Virus record (IMG/VR): IMGVR_UViG_3300029258_003280
Location: 1 to 55,522 of that record
DNA length: 55,522 nucleotides
DNA from: a virus
Lineage: Duplodnaviria; Caudoviricetes
Strand: one strand, 5' to 3'
Translations under genes and position numbers: made by a program
The notes under the pieces: generated by a model
Told to the model about the DNA's origin: nothing
Databases searched by the model: none
Seen by the model: the letters and a program-made list of their open reading frames with translations, nothing else
Part shown: positions 18,966 through 27,873 of the stretch, one piece after another
How the letters are laid out: each line of letters begins with the position of its first letter
Position numbering within the stretch: position 1 is the first letter of the stretch

Positions 18966-19229
18966 CTAAGTTTTCTTCATCACCGTCTCGACATATTCCT
19001 TGAATCTTTTGCTCTTTTGTAATACTTCTTTGTTTTTGTCTTCCAAGTAGGGAATTATATCTTCGAGCGTGCAGCCGAAAAATTCATCAAAAGTTTTACC
19101 GTCAAGCTTCGTCACTCCGGGCCTGCTGCAATAAAGGCTTACCACTCCGGGCTTGCGACAAAATATGTAATCTACTAACATATCTTCGATAAAATCATTT
19201 AGTCCATATGTGTAGTTGGACTCTTTCAT
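18966..19229 (-). CDS. Hypothetical protein
   Basis: Tiles the minus-strand operon. Confidence 0.5.
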   Translation of the reverse strand: MKESNYTYGLNDFIEDMLVDYIFCRKPGVVSLYCSRPGVTKLDGKTFDEFFGCTLEDIIPYLEDKNKEVLQKSKRFKEYVETVMKKT

Positions 19230-19241
19230 GTCTTTTCTTCG

Positions 19242-19451
19242 CTATTTAGTTTCGAGCAGCAGTTTTTGGTTTTCTACCTTACTGGTAAGCTCATCCACCT
19301 TGTTGAGTAGAAACCTCACCGGGCATAAATCCCCGCGCTTGTCGCGGCGCAAACCGAGTTCGCAGTCAACACAGGGCCTTTTCCGGGAGATTTCTTCCGG
19401 GGTATTGTCATATTTACAGGGATACCTTTCGCTCATTTCAGTCATTTTCAA
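19242..19451 (-). CDS. Cys-containing hypothetical protein
   Basis: CxxC and a coiled-coil tail. Confidence 0.5.
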   Translation of the reverse strand: MKMTEMSERYPCKYDNTPEEISRKRPCVDCELGLRRDKRGDLCPVRFLLNKVDELTSKVENQKLLLETK

Positions 19452-20028
19452 GCTCCAAGTCTATAACATCTTCGATAGCCTCTTCCTCTTCAGGCGTCAT
19501 TTCTTCGGCTATCACGACTTCTTTTCCCGCATAGGGGCCATAGCTTCTTGTGGCGTCGGTGGCGATATCTTCCTCATCGAAGGGCTCCGAGCCCATCGGC
19601 AGTTCGACATATTCTATTTCGTTATCATCGTAATGAAGGTTGACTTTGAATATTTCCACTACAACATAGTCGGCATCGCCGTCATCGTAGTTGTCAAGCG
19701 GGTTGTCCATCCCTTCATAATACGGATGTCGCTGGCAAAAAAGATGGCCGAATTCATGTATAAATATCCCCTGTCTGTTTTCTTCCGATAATTCGACCAT
19801 CATGCTGCTGCAACAAACAGTATTGGGGTGATGCATGGTATGGGCGTAGAGTCTCGGCGGCAAACCCTTTTTGGCCTGCTCCTCGATACTTTCCTGATAG
19901 GCCTGCTCGGCGTCCGGGCAGACATGTAAAACCACATTCTTGAATTCCGGCCTTTTATCTACCACGAAAGCCTTTACGACCTCGAAGCTCTGGACGACTT
20001 TTTTCAAGTCTGAATTTATTTTTTCCAT
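19438..20028 (-). CDS. Putative zincin-like metallopeptidase with an acidic tail
   Basis: FIHEFGHL (HExxH) motif. Confidence 0.55.
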   Translation of the reverse strand: MEKINSDLKKVVQSFEVVKAFVVDKRPEFKNVVLHVCPDAEQAYQESIEEQAKKGLPPRLYAHTMHHPNTVCCSSMMVELSEENRQGIFIHEFGHLFCQRHPYYEGMDNPLDNYDDGDADYVVVEIFKVNLHYDDNEIEYVELPMGSEPFDEEDIATDATRSYGPYAGKEVVIAEEMTPEEEEAIEDVIDLELEND

Positions 20029-20366
20029 TCGTCACCATCTTCTTTGTGAAATCCGGACATTAACCTTAGTTGGGTCACCATAAAACATTGTGCGCTATCG
20101 CGGCATCTCGCGCATCGCTTGGTGTAAATCTCCCTGTCAAAGCCGTCCATAACACTACAGTAATTTCCAAAACAGCCGCTCTTTTTATCCATACAGGCCT
20201 CGCGAAACTTCGCATAAGCCTCTTCCTTCTTCCTGAACTCTTCATCGTTGTTGGCATACGGATTTTCCCCGGCTATCACTCCACCTTGTTGAGGAAAATC
20301 TTCCGGAAGCCCGTCCGGAATCTCCGGAAACTCTTGCTTATCTTCTGTCATTTTCTCTCCATGCAC
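20016..20366 (-). CDS. Cys-rich hypothetical protein
   Basis: SGCFG.Y...C..C....C pattern. Confidence 0.55.
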   Translation of the reverse strand: MHGEKMTEDKQEFPEIPDGLPEDFPQQGGVIAGENPYANNDEEFRKKEEAYAKFREACMDKKSGCFGNYCSVMDGFDREIYTKRCARCRDSAQCFMVTQLRLMSGFHKEDGDEWKK

Positions 20367-20481
20367 CAGATAAATAGTGTTATTAATGCTCCAAACGAGA
20401 CCTCGAATCTTTCCGGAGTAGAATATACCAGAAAAACAAGGGCCCCTGCAAGCAAATATATAGCCATTTTTTGCTTACGGT

Positions 20482-21078
20482 TTACCACCTGTAATCTTCG
20501 CCCTCTTTGTTGGGGTCTTCCCAATGATGGAACTTCGGAATAACCCCACCGGCCTTATCCTTGTATCCCTGCCAGTATCCGGTGGAATATCCCAGGTCTC
20601 TTTTATACTGCAAACCCTCTTTGAAAATGGGTACGAGCTTGGAATGTACTTCGGGATTGACAAGGGGCTTGGCGGCCTCGGAAAACTTCACCAGAAGCCC
20701 GTTGGATATCTCCGTACTGGCCAGAGTGAGCTCCCCCGGGGCCTCTTTGTTCTCATCGCGGTCGCCGTATCCCCGCATGTAGCCGAGGCGATAGGAAACA
20801 TCCTGCTCTTCGTTGAAAAACTCCTCGGCCTTGGTATAAATCTCATGAGCCGGGGAAGGCAGGCAGGGAACTCTCTTGCTTGCCTTGGTCGGCTTTCCGC
20901 CTTTTATCGCCGAAGGTATCATTACCTCGACCACTCTCTCCTCTTTTTCGTATGGTATGCCGATTGCTTCACAGGCATACCTTCCGAAGGCGTCCTCCAC
21001 GCTTTCGAATACGGGCTTTTTTGTAACGCCATTTTTCGTGGCGACGTTCATCTCCCCTATTTGTTTTAATTCAAACAT
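20482..21078 (-). CDS. Hypothetical protein with GYxxGY repeats
   Basis: GGAGG RBS; LGYMRGY and LGYSTGYWQGY. Confidence 0.6.
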   Translation of the reverse strand: MFELKQIGEMNVATKNGVTKKPVFESVEDAFGRYACEAIGIPYEKEERVVEVMIPSAIKGGKPTKASKRVPCLPSPAHEIYTKAEEFFNEEQDVSYRLGYMRGYGDRDENKEAPGELTLASTEISNGLLVKFSEAAKPLVNPEVHSKLVPIFKEGLQYKRDLGYSTGYWQGYKDKAGGVIPKFHHWEDPNKEGEDYRW

Positions 21079-21087
21079 GTTCCCTCC

Positions 21088-22008
21088 TTACAAAACAAAA
21101 ACCATCAATCCTTCCTTCGCGACTCCAATATAACTGAAATTCAGCTTCTTTACCTCCATTTTCGAGTTTATTAGTGAAAATTTTCCGTCTATACATACCG
21201 ATGCTATTCCGCCGCTAAACGGAAAAGCCCACATATAATCATCCGAAACCTTTTTCCCGGTTTTATCTATATAAAACCAGTTGTTGTCTCGCATCACCGG
21301 GCATACCCCTTCTTTGAAGCCGATGGCATATTCAAATGTCGGCGCTATCACTACATTACCCTTCGTCCCGATAAAGCCGAAAAGCCCGTCTTTGATGTAT
21401 AGTCCCATGCCATCTGAGAAATTACCAAAGCAGGCTTCGGACATCTTGTAAATGTACTCGCCCTTGCGGTTGATATATCCGTCAAGTACGCTTGCTATCC
21501 CGTTGACAAAGCCGCCCGGTTCCTTGAATTTGGGCTCTATGGCAATATTCCCCCTCTTGTCTATGTATCCCCAGAGCTTTGACTTCATTACCGGGGCCAG
21601 CCCGCCGCAAAAGGGCATCGCCCCTTCAAACGTAGGCTCTATGGCCCAATCACCGGAATGGTCGAGATACCCATACAGGCCTTTCCCCGCGACAAGCAGG
21701 CCTTCATTAAATCCCCGATAGTCTATATTACAGTCCTGCTCGCTAACCAGTATCTTACCCCTCTTGTCTATGACACATCTAATGTTGTCTTTCCTGATTA
21801 CCGTAAAACCTTCCCTGAAAGGCATGGCCGCATCAAACTGAGGCATCATCGCGTATTGTCCGGCTTTGGTAATGTAGCCCACAAGGTTATTCTGGCCCTT
21901 TACCTGAGCAAGAAATTCGCTGAAATCCCACGCCCCCTTGAATGCGGCGGGGATAACTACTTCTCCTTGGCGGTCGAGGTATCCGTATTTTCTTGTTCTT
22001 TGGTACAT
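21088..22008 (-). CDS. WG-repeat (KWG/WG_beta_rep-like) protein
   Basis: Repeated YG(Y/F)ID..G...I.P.F..A..F.EG(L/F)A units. Confidence 0.88.
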   Translation of the reverse strand: MYQRTRKYGYLDRQGEVVIPAAFKGAWDFSEFLAQVKGQNNLVGYITKAGQYAMMPQFDAAMPFREGFTVIRKDNIRCVIDKRGKILVSEQDCNIDYRGFNEGLLVAGKGLYGYLDHSGDWAIEPTFEGAMPFCGGLAPVMKSKLWGYIDKRGNIAIEPKFKEPGGFVNGIASVLDGYINRKGEYIYKMSEACFGNFSDGMGLYIKDGLFGFIGTKGNVVIAPTFEYAIGFKEGVCPVMRDNNWFYIDKTGKKVSDDYMWAFPFSGGIASVCIDGKFSLINSKMEVKKLNFSYIGVAKEGLMVFVL

Positions 22009-22571
22009 TCGTCCATCTCTATATCTGTTTGAATGTCGAATCCGAACATAGACAGTAGTTGGGTGGTGGTATGGGCGAGCTCGACTTGAGGCGGCGCATC
22101 CAGATTGCCCACGTACAAACCCTTGTGAAACTCTACCTGAAAGCCCTTGACGCCGAGGTCTTCCCGGGGAATCTCCAGCCCGGCCTCTACAACCACGGCA
22201 ACTATATCTATGTCGCCTTTATGGGTGTCGATAGTGGCCTTTATGTTGGCAACTCCGAAACGTTCTTTCTTATTGACGGTAAGACATACTAAGTTTTCTT
22301 CCCGTCGTACCCTGTAGTCGAACACCTTGAGGAAGTTTACCAACTTCTTCATCTCCTGATATTGCTCATGGACAGTTTTGATTTGCAGAATTTCTCTCAA
22401 GACGATGCTGTCGAATGGATGGTCTTCCTGAGAGGCCGCAAGAGAGCAAAGTATGGGCATTTCGCCTGCCGGTAGCCCCTTGCGATTGGTGGGGATGGCC
22501 TTGAAGTCGATGGCTATCTGGAAATTTTTGATGGCGTATTGCTTTTCGTTTACATTAATTAGAAGCTTCAT
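21957..22571 (-). CDS. Hypothetical protein
   Basis: GGAGG RBS, 204 aa. Confidence 0.6.
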   Translation of the reverse strand: MKLLINVNEKQYAIKNFQIAIDFKAIPTNRKGLPAGEMPILCSLAASQEDHPFDSIVLREILQIKTVHEQYQEMKKLVNFLKVFDYRVRREENLVCLTVNKKERFGVANIKATIDTHKGDIDIVAVVVEAGLEIPREDLGVKGFQVEFHKGLYVGNLDAPPQVELAHTTTQLLSMFGFDIQTDIEMDECTKEQENTDTSTAKEK

Positions 22572-22580
22572 TATTCCTCC

Positions 22581-22814
22581 TTATCCCCAATGTAGTACAA
22601 AATCTTCGAGCGATATCTCCTCGAAGTCGTTACACTCATATCTGGGTCTTAAGCATTCGCCGCCGTGCTTGCCCATGCAGGAGCCGTCCCAAGGGTTGCA
22701 ATGAGCGCATCCCATGTAACCCTTCTCCTCGATGGCTTTCTTGCGGGCTTCTTTACATTTTTCCATGAAGCTCTTGTTTTTCTTCGCGTATTCCCATGCG
22801 TTTTTCTCGGCCAT
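22581..22814 (-). CDS. Cys-rich hypothetical protein
   Basis: GGAGG RBS; CxxC..C..C..C. Confidence 0.55.
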   Translation of the reverse strand: MAEKNAWEYAKKNKSFMEKCKEARKKAIEEKGYMGCAHCNPWDGSCMGKHGGECLRPRYECNDFEEISLEDFVLHWG

Positions 22815-22824
22815 TATTTCCTCC

Positions 22825-23199
22825 TTACAGGACTTCCGGGTCGAGGCCCTTTTTTGCGAGCTTTTCCCTCTCTTTTTTGTTTTTTTCGGCGCGTTTCCTA
22901 ACGCTGTCCTGATAGAATATGCCGCTCCCGTAGCAATACGGACATTTGCCGTGCGTCCCCTCGAAGCCGCTCCCGCCGCAATAAGGACAATGCATCTTTA
23001 CGGGTTTATCGCTCATTATCAATTCGTGGCCTGCCGGTTTTTTGGTATGCTTATCTATCAGGACGTGGCGGCGGCCACAGGCATCGCATTCAAGTACCGG
23101 GTATTCCAGCCCCACGATAAAACGAAACACCATACTCCTGCAATTGGGCTCCGAACACTCCTGAGCGAAAAGGCCGCTATTGAGTTCTCTTGCTATCAT
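22825..23199 (-). CDS. Zinc-finger protein with DnaJ-type CxxCxGxG repeats
   Basis: CPYCGGSG and CPYCYGSG. Confidence 0.65.
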   Translation of the reverse strand: MIARELNSGLFAQECSEPNCRSMVFRFIVGLEYPVLECDACGRRHVLIDKHTKKPAGHELIMSDKPVKMHCPYCGGSGFEGTHGKCPYCYGSGIFYQDSVRKRAEKNKKEREKLAKKGLDPEVL

Positions 23200-23498
23200 T
23201 CCTCCTCCACTTTCTCTATCTTCATGTAATTAAGTAACACCAATAGCTTCACCAGAAGAGCTATCTTGTCATTCCTTTTTACGAAGTCCACCCCGAGGTT
23301 GTCTATCTTTTCGTTGCCGTGCCTGTTTTCGGAGATGTAGTCATAACACTTTTTACAGACGTTGAATATAACGCCATCGCCGTCTATGTTAATCATCTCT
23401 TCCGGACAGTTGGGGAGCTCAAGGTCTATAAAAATGTCCCAAGAAGCCTCTTCGGTAGTGATTCGCTTGCCGCAAATATCGCATTTGATTGTTATCAT
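23196..23498 (-). CDS. Zinc-ribbon hypothetical protein
   Basis: CDICGK and CKKC. Confidence 0.6.
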   Translation of the reverse strand: MITIKCDICGKRITTEEASWDIFIDLELPNCPEEMINIDGDGVIFNVCKKCYDYISENRHGNEKIDNLGVDFVKRNDKIALLVKLLVLLNYMKIEKVEEE

Positions 23499-23508
23499 AA
23501 CCCTTCCT

Positions 23509-24195
23509 TTAACTTACCGGATTAATGCCGGGGGCAAAATGCCTGCCTATCCTCGATTTCAAGATGTTTATAACGGACTTAATCATTGATTCATCATTGC
23601 CCAGCTTGTCGGTGTCGATGCCCTCGAAAACGTACACTATCATCTCGGCGGCCTCGTTGACATCTTTCCAGAATTCCTTGTACTTGTTGAGCACATTTAT
23701 CACGGTGGTCTTGGGGTCGCTCAGGTTGTCGGTCTGGATTGCATTCAGGCCGAAAAACTTACCGGCAATCTGCCGGGCTTCCGAGGACTCCTCGTTGCGG
23801 AGCTTCGCGAGAAAGTCAAATAGGAATGAGCACGACCATTTGTTTGCTTCCTGAAAGCCGAGATAATGAAGCGCCGCATCATGAACATCTTTTCGCTCCT
23901 GTTTAAGGTTTTCAATAAATTCGTTGGCGAGCTTGACGGCGTTTAACAGGTCTTTTTCGGTGGGATTCTTGCCCGGCTCGATTGTGGTAACCTCGGCCGG
24001 GAGAGGTCTTCGCAAGGGAAAAACATCCTTGTCATCTATGCCGAAGTCTTCCTTGATGGCCTTCGCAACCGGGGGTACTATCTGCCCGGAGTTTTCATAC
24101 TTTATGATAACATCCTTGAGCTTTTCCTTGATAAGCTTTCTGAGCTCTTCGTCTTCGATGCCCAGCGTAATACACATAATCAACTCCTTTACCAC
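23509..24195 (-). CDS. Hypothetical helical protein
   Basis: 228-aa ORF tiling the operon. Confidence 0.6.
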   Translation of the reverse strand: MVKELIMCITLGIEDEELRKLIKEKLKDVIIKYENSGQIVPPVAKAIKEDFGIDDKDVFPLRRPLPAEVTTIEPGKNPTEKDLLNAVKLANEFIENLKQERKDVHDAALHYLGFQEANKWSCSFLFDFLAKLRNEESSEARQIAGKFFGLNAIQTDNLSDPKTTVINVLNKYKEFWKDVNEAAEMIVYVFEGIDTDKLGNDESMIKSVINILKSRIGRHFAPGINPVS

Positions 24196-24779
24196 TTAAC
24201 GTATGAGGTCACTTCCATCCATCGGTCGAGGCGAATGTAATCGAGCCGGTCTTTTTGTTTGTCTATAGGCAGCACCAAAGCAAAATACCTGCCCGGGCCC
24301 GGGCCCTTGGGGACGGATGTGCCTATAGATATGAAATTCTCTACATGTTTAATCTCGCCGTCTTTTATCTTGTCTGTAAGCGGGTCGGTATTCATTAACT
24401 CTTCCCAATGGCCGCTTGGATTTAATATATAAAATGTTTGGTCGGCTTTTATGTCTTCCACCCCGGCGTTATACCCATCCTCGTAACCCCTAACATATTC
24501 CGGGTTGTCCTCCGGATTGGATTCGAGCCGTTTAAGGTGAAGAAGTTCGCGCAAGTTATTAACATCGTTATAGTCGAAGTCTATATGGGCCAGATTCAAA
24601 AATCTGAATATGGCTTCGACAAAATCCTCCGCATCAACCAGATAGCCGCATTCGGCACATCCAACATGTTTATGCCAGAGCTTATAGGCCATCTCGGCCT
24701 TGTCATGCTCTACCTCGAAGTTCAAGGGGCCTCCAACGCTAAAGTGGCGCTTGCTGCCCGGTACCATAATTCCGGTCAT
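24189..24779 (-). CDS. Hypothetical protein with a GYxxGY motif
   Basis: AGGAG RBS; YVRGYEDGYNAG. Confidence 0.6.
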   Translation of the reverse strand: MTGIMVPGSKRHFSVGGPLNFEVEHDKAEMAYKLWHKHVGCAECGYLVDAEDFVEAIFRFLNLAHIDFDYNDVNNLRELLHLKRLESNPEDNPEYVRGYEDGYNAGVEDIKADQTFYILNPSGHWEELMNTDPLTDKIKDGEIKHVENFISIGTSVPKGPGPGRYFALVLPIDKQKDRLDYIRLDRWMEVTSYVKW

Positions 24780-24794
24780 AAAATTTCTCCTATC

Positions 24795-25394
24795 CTACCA
24801 TTTCCTTACCGCATCGAACTGGGCCCAGCGCGGCATAGTCTTGCCATCGACCCTCTCTCCCTGTATTCTTACCGGGAGCCTTACATCGTCATGGTCAACT
24901 TTAACCACGACGGCCTTGGTGCCGGGCACGAAAACCCGCTTAATCCATTGGTCATCGATATGGCCTGTTGTTATGACCACATCGCCGACCCTTACCGGTT
25001 CGAGCTTGCTCATTTTTATATAGGTCTCCCCGTTCTCGACCTCTTTCGAGAGCTCGCAGTAGTTTTTCTTCGAGTGCATAACCGGGGCTTCCTTGATAAA
25101 ACCTTCTCCGTGGCATTCTGGACATCTGGCTATACCCTTGCCGCCGCATCTCCTGCATCGGGATTTTATCTGGCCCGAGCCGCCGCAATTGACACAGGTT
25201 TTTTTAGCTTCCTCTTCGTTGCTGCATATGCTGCATTGTCTCATCCGGAAACCCTTGCCATCGCAGAAGTCGCAATCCTCATTCTTGGGCGAAACACCTT
25301 TCCCCTTACAGTTATTACATGTCGTCTTGTCGAAACAGGCTACAACCCTGACCATCCAATCTCCATACCAGCAAGCAGTATTGGGCTCAATCAT
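24795..25394 (-). CDS. DnaJ-type zinc-finger repeat protein
   Basis: Five CxxCxGxG repeats, then a small beta (SH3-like) domain. Confidence 0.7.
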   Translation of the reverse strand: MIEPNTACWYGDWMVRVVACFDKTTCNNCKGKGVSPKNEDCDFCDGKGFRMRQCSICSNEEEAKKTCVNCGGSGQIKSRCRRCGGKGIARCPECHGEGFIKEAPVMHSKKNYCELSKEVENGETYIKMSKLEPVRVGDVVITTGHIDDQWIKRVFVPGTKAVVVKVDHDDVRLPVRIQGERVDGKTMPRWAQFDAVRKW

Positions 25395-25672
25395 TCTTTC
25401 TCCTCTTTCGTCCCTATCTTTTCAAAAGCCATGATACAATAGCCTTCCGGCAAGCCGAAAACAGGCGGAGCATCCTTATAGATATAAGTCACTTTTACAT
25501 ATAAAGTCCTGCCGGTGAAGCGGCCGCCCCGGCGCTGGGGGATGAATTCGCGCAGCCGAAGCGTGTCTCCCACCCGAAAACCCCTGTCATCCTTGCGATA
25601 TTCGAAGGGTTTTTTACCTTCGAGCATTTCGCCGAAGGAATGGGGCCATGTTTTCAGAGTATGAACTTTCAT
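25391..25672 (-). CDS. DUF3850 / ASCH-like protein
   Basis: H.LK.WP..F.....G.K.FE.R.DDR.F.VGD.L.L.E signature. Confidence 0.85.
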   Translation of the reverse strand: MKVHTLKTWPHSFGEMLEGKKPFEYRKDDRGFRVGDTLRLREFIPQRRGGRFTGRTLYVKVTYIYKDAPPVFGLPEGYCIMAFEKIGTKEEKE

Positions 25673-25911
25673 TTATCACCTTCATACCACTCTTCTTTTA
25701 CTGTTACTTTTTGCAGGCCGGTAATCCTGTCTATCCCTATATTAAAGTTTCTATTACCGGCGAGACAATCCCCTTCGGGAATACCACCGGCCAGATTTAC
25801 GACATACGGGCGTCCGCATATTTCTATTCTTTCCGCCCCTAATATGTCCTTAAACCTGACAAAGACGGCGTTGGCCCCCTCGATAAACTTCTCAATTTCA
25901 AACTTGGTCAT
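25669..25911 (-). CDS. Hypothetical protein
   Basis: GGAGG RBS; the start lies inside the 50-bp direct repeat. Confidence 0.6.
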   Translation of the reverse strand: MTKFEIEKFIEGANAVFVRFKDILGAERIEICGRPYVVNLAGGIPEGDCLAGNRNFNIGIDRITGLQKVTVKEEWYEGDK

Positions 25912-25945
25912 AATACCTCCGCAGTACAGTACACTACTAAACCTT
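25896..25945. repeat. 50-bp direct repeat, copy 1
   Basis: Matches 26370-26419 with one mismatch. Confidence 0.9.
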
Positions 25946-26375
25946 AAACTATAATATAATTACCCATATATGTTCTTACACGGGTTGCTTTTTTTCGTGT
26001 TTTTGGTAGATGTAATTCATCTAATATTTTTTGGATAAGAGACCTCCGAGTAATATATTTGTCACAACATTTTTTACATAATTTTTTCAGAACACGAACA
26101 TGCCGAGAATTTTCAAGAAACCGGGTTTTTGCGCCGCACCATTTACATTTTACTACTCCTGTATAGTAAACAGGTGGTGAACATTCAATATACCCATCTC
26201 CTTCTCTATCTCCAAAAATTTTATTTCTTTCAAAGCCTAATATAAATGCACAATTTACACATAAAGGCTCATTGTTGTCATCGTATGCTGTCTCATCGCT
26301 ATTTATATATGTTCCGCAGTTATGGCAAATTTTATCCCAAGTTTCTTCCCTCATTTTTAAGTTTCCTTGTTTCAA
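25944..26375 (-). CDS. AT-rich Cys-rich (zinc-binding) protein between direct repeats
   Basis: Four CxxC pairs; visibly AT-rich; the likely start is the internal ATG (MREETWDK). Confidence 0.6.
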   Translation of the reverse strand: MKQGNLKMREETWDKICHNCGTYINSDETAYDDNNEPLCVNCAFILGFERNKIFGDREGDGYIECSPPVYYTGVVKCKWCGAKTRFLENSRHVRVLKKLCKKCCDKYITRRSLIQKILDELHLPKTRKKATRVRTYMGNYIIV

Positions 26376-26419
26376 ACTTGGTCATAATACCCCCGCAGTA
26401 CAGTACACTACTAAACCTT
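26370..26419. repeat. 50-bp direct repeat, copy 2
   Basis: Matches 25896-25945 and overlaps the distal end of the pentamer array. Confidence 0.9.
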
Positions 26420-26829
26420 GCCTTGACCTCACAGTGCGACACTAAACACTACCCTTACTTTACAACACCGCGCCTTACCTTACCCTTACGACACCTTACC
26501 AGACTAAACAGGACAGTCACAGTACTTTACAACACAGCACTAAACATTACCCTTACAAAACGCCACAAGACTAAACTTTACCATCACAGCACTATACGCC
26601 ACCATACACTACAACACGGTACCGTCACATTACCGGGCAAGACAACACAACACCGTCACAGTAAAAGACGCTACGCCACAACACATTATCCTACTAAACA
26701 TGACCTCAGCCATACAACATTCCACTTGACCAATACGGAACCAGACTTCACTTGACTTTACCTCTACATCGCTCTACGCTACTTTACCGGCACGGTACAG
26801 TACGCTATGTGACAAAACGGAACCGCCAC
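26395..26829 (-). ncRNA. Periodic non-coding array (GT-NNN)n with hexamer punctuation; candidate guide-RNA array
   Basis: Manual parse: 71 five-nt and 13 six-nt units; 74 of 85 anchors are GT and 7 are GC on the minus strand. Lies directly downstream of the Cas7-like gene. The repeat structure is seen directly; RNA status is inferred. Confidence 0.75.
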
Positions 26830-26833
26830 CTAA

Positions 26834-26845
26834 TTGTCAAAGAGC
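26834..26845 (-). promoter_or_regulatory. boxA-like antitermination element in front of the array
   Basis: Minus strand reads GCTCTTTGACAA, close to the rrn boxA TGCTCTTTAACA. Confidence 0.65.
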
Positions 26846-26846
26846 T

Positions 26847-26875
26847 TGTAACGGGGCGATGGCCGCCCCGCTACA
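26847..26875 (-). other. Stem-loop between the Cas7-like gene and the array
   Basis: TGTAACGGGGCG and CGCCCCGCTACA form a 12-bp stem with one G-U pair in the minus-strand RNA. Confidence 0.65.
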
Positions 26876-26889
26876 GGTCGTCATGAGCG

Positions 26890-27543
26890 CTATTCTACAA
26901 AGACATACTTGAAGCGGCCGTAATCCGCGTTTCTCCATTGGCCTATGCCTTTGAATTCGCCGTAATCGAGCCATTCCTCGATGCAGTCGAGCAAGTCCGG
27001 CGCGAGCGTGACAACTTCTATCCGGCACGTAGTCCCGGCCGGTATCATCTCGCTCCGGGCGATAGAAATCCGCTCTCCCTGCGGAGTCTGGGCCCTGAGC
27101 GGCCGCTCTAACATGGTCGGCTTGGTGCCCTCGGGGAGAGTGAGAATAATCTTCCGGGGATAGACGAAGACATGCCGGTTAATGCGCTTGCTGAAATTTT
27201 TCTTGACCTTCTCGGAGGCCGTCCCTTTTATCGGATAAAGCGCCTGACAGGCCGCCTTGAAGAAGCCCTTGAACATGTAGTTATAGATGAATATCTTGCC
27301 GTCGTCATCCCGAAGAAAGAATGTGCTCCTCTTGTCGGCCTCATCCTGAAAGTCCTTGAGCGTCTCCTTGAGCGTTTTTAAATGCTCAACCTCGACCTCG
27401 GCCGGGATTTCTTCCCCCTTCTTTCTGGCCGCCTCGATAATATGCTTGATAAGTATGTCCACATCGCCCGGATTCGTCCCCAAAACCGGCTCGATAAAAG
27501 TCACATCCGCCACCAACTTAGTCAAAAGCCCTTTCAATGCCAT
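26890..27543 (-). CDS. Stand-alone Cas7/RAMP-like RNA-binding protein
   Basis: N-terminal strand VTFIEPVLGT, a helix with FKGFFKAAC, SEMIPAGT..RIEV, and a C-terminal Gly-rich loop GIGQWRNADYGRF typical of RAMPs; AAGGAG RBS. Confidence 0.75.
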   Translation of the reverse strand: MALKGLLTKLVADVTFIEPVLGTNPGDVDILIKHIIEAARKKGEEIPAEVEVEHLKTLKETLKDFQDEADKRSTFFLRDDDGKIFIYNYMFKGFFKAACQALYPIKGTASEKVKKNFSKRINRHVFVYPRKIILTLPEGTKPTMLERPLRAQTPQGERISIARSEMIPAGTTCRIEVVTLAPDLLDCIEEWLDYGEFKGIGQWRNADYGRFKYVFVE

Positions 27544-27567
27544 AATTGGCTCCTTTCATAAATAGGG

Positions 27568-27873
27568 CTACTGTTTAATCTCCGGAACACCCCGGAGTTT
27601 TCTTGTCTGGTTTATCCATTTTTTTACGAGCTCCACGTTTGTCGTTGCTATCATTCTTAATTGAAGACAGCAGAGAAATATCCTCTTGACGAGAGCCCAT
27701 CTGGCGAAGTAGTCCAGCATTATCTTGCCTTTAATGCTCAACCTGTATGGATGGACGTCATCGCTCTCATCCCGGATAGAAGCGTAAGGAAACTCGGCTT
27801 CGAGCTCCTTCTTGACCTTTTCGTAGTCTTCGGAATTTTCCAGATAAATCAACTCTATCATTTGTTCCACCAA
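27568..27873 (-). CDS. Hypothetical protein
   Basis: Tiles the operon immediately upstream of the Cas7-like gene. Confidence 0.55.
   Translation of the reverse strand: MVEQMIELIYLENSEDYEKVKKELEAEFPYASIRDESDDVHPYRLSIKGKIMLDYFARWALVKRIFLCCLQLRMIATTNVELVKKWINQTRKLRGVPEIKQ

Noticed and set aside
24438-25442. 334-aa + strand ORF
   Set aside because: Antisense shadow of well-supported minus-strand genes, with no motifs.
26246-26755. 169-aa + strand ORF over the array
   Set aside because: Thr/His/Leu-rich translation of the AC-periodic repeat, antisense to the operon and without an RBS; a 5-nt period does not fit codon structure.
26395-26829. Canonical CRISPR array or simple microsatellite
   Set aside because: There is no 23-47 bp conserved repeat with spacers, and three of every five positions vary freely, unlike slippage repeats.
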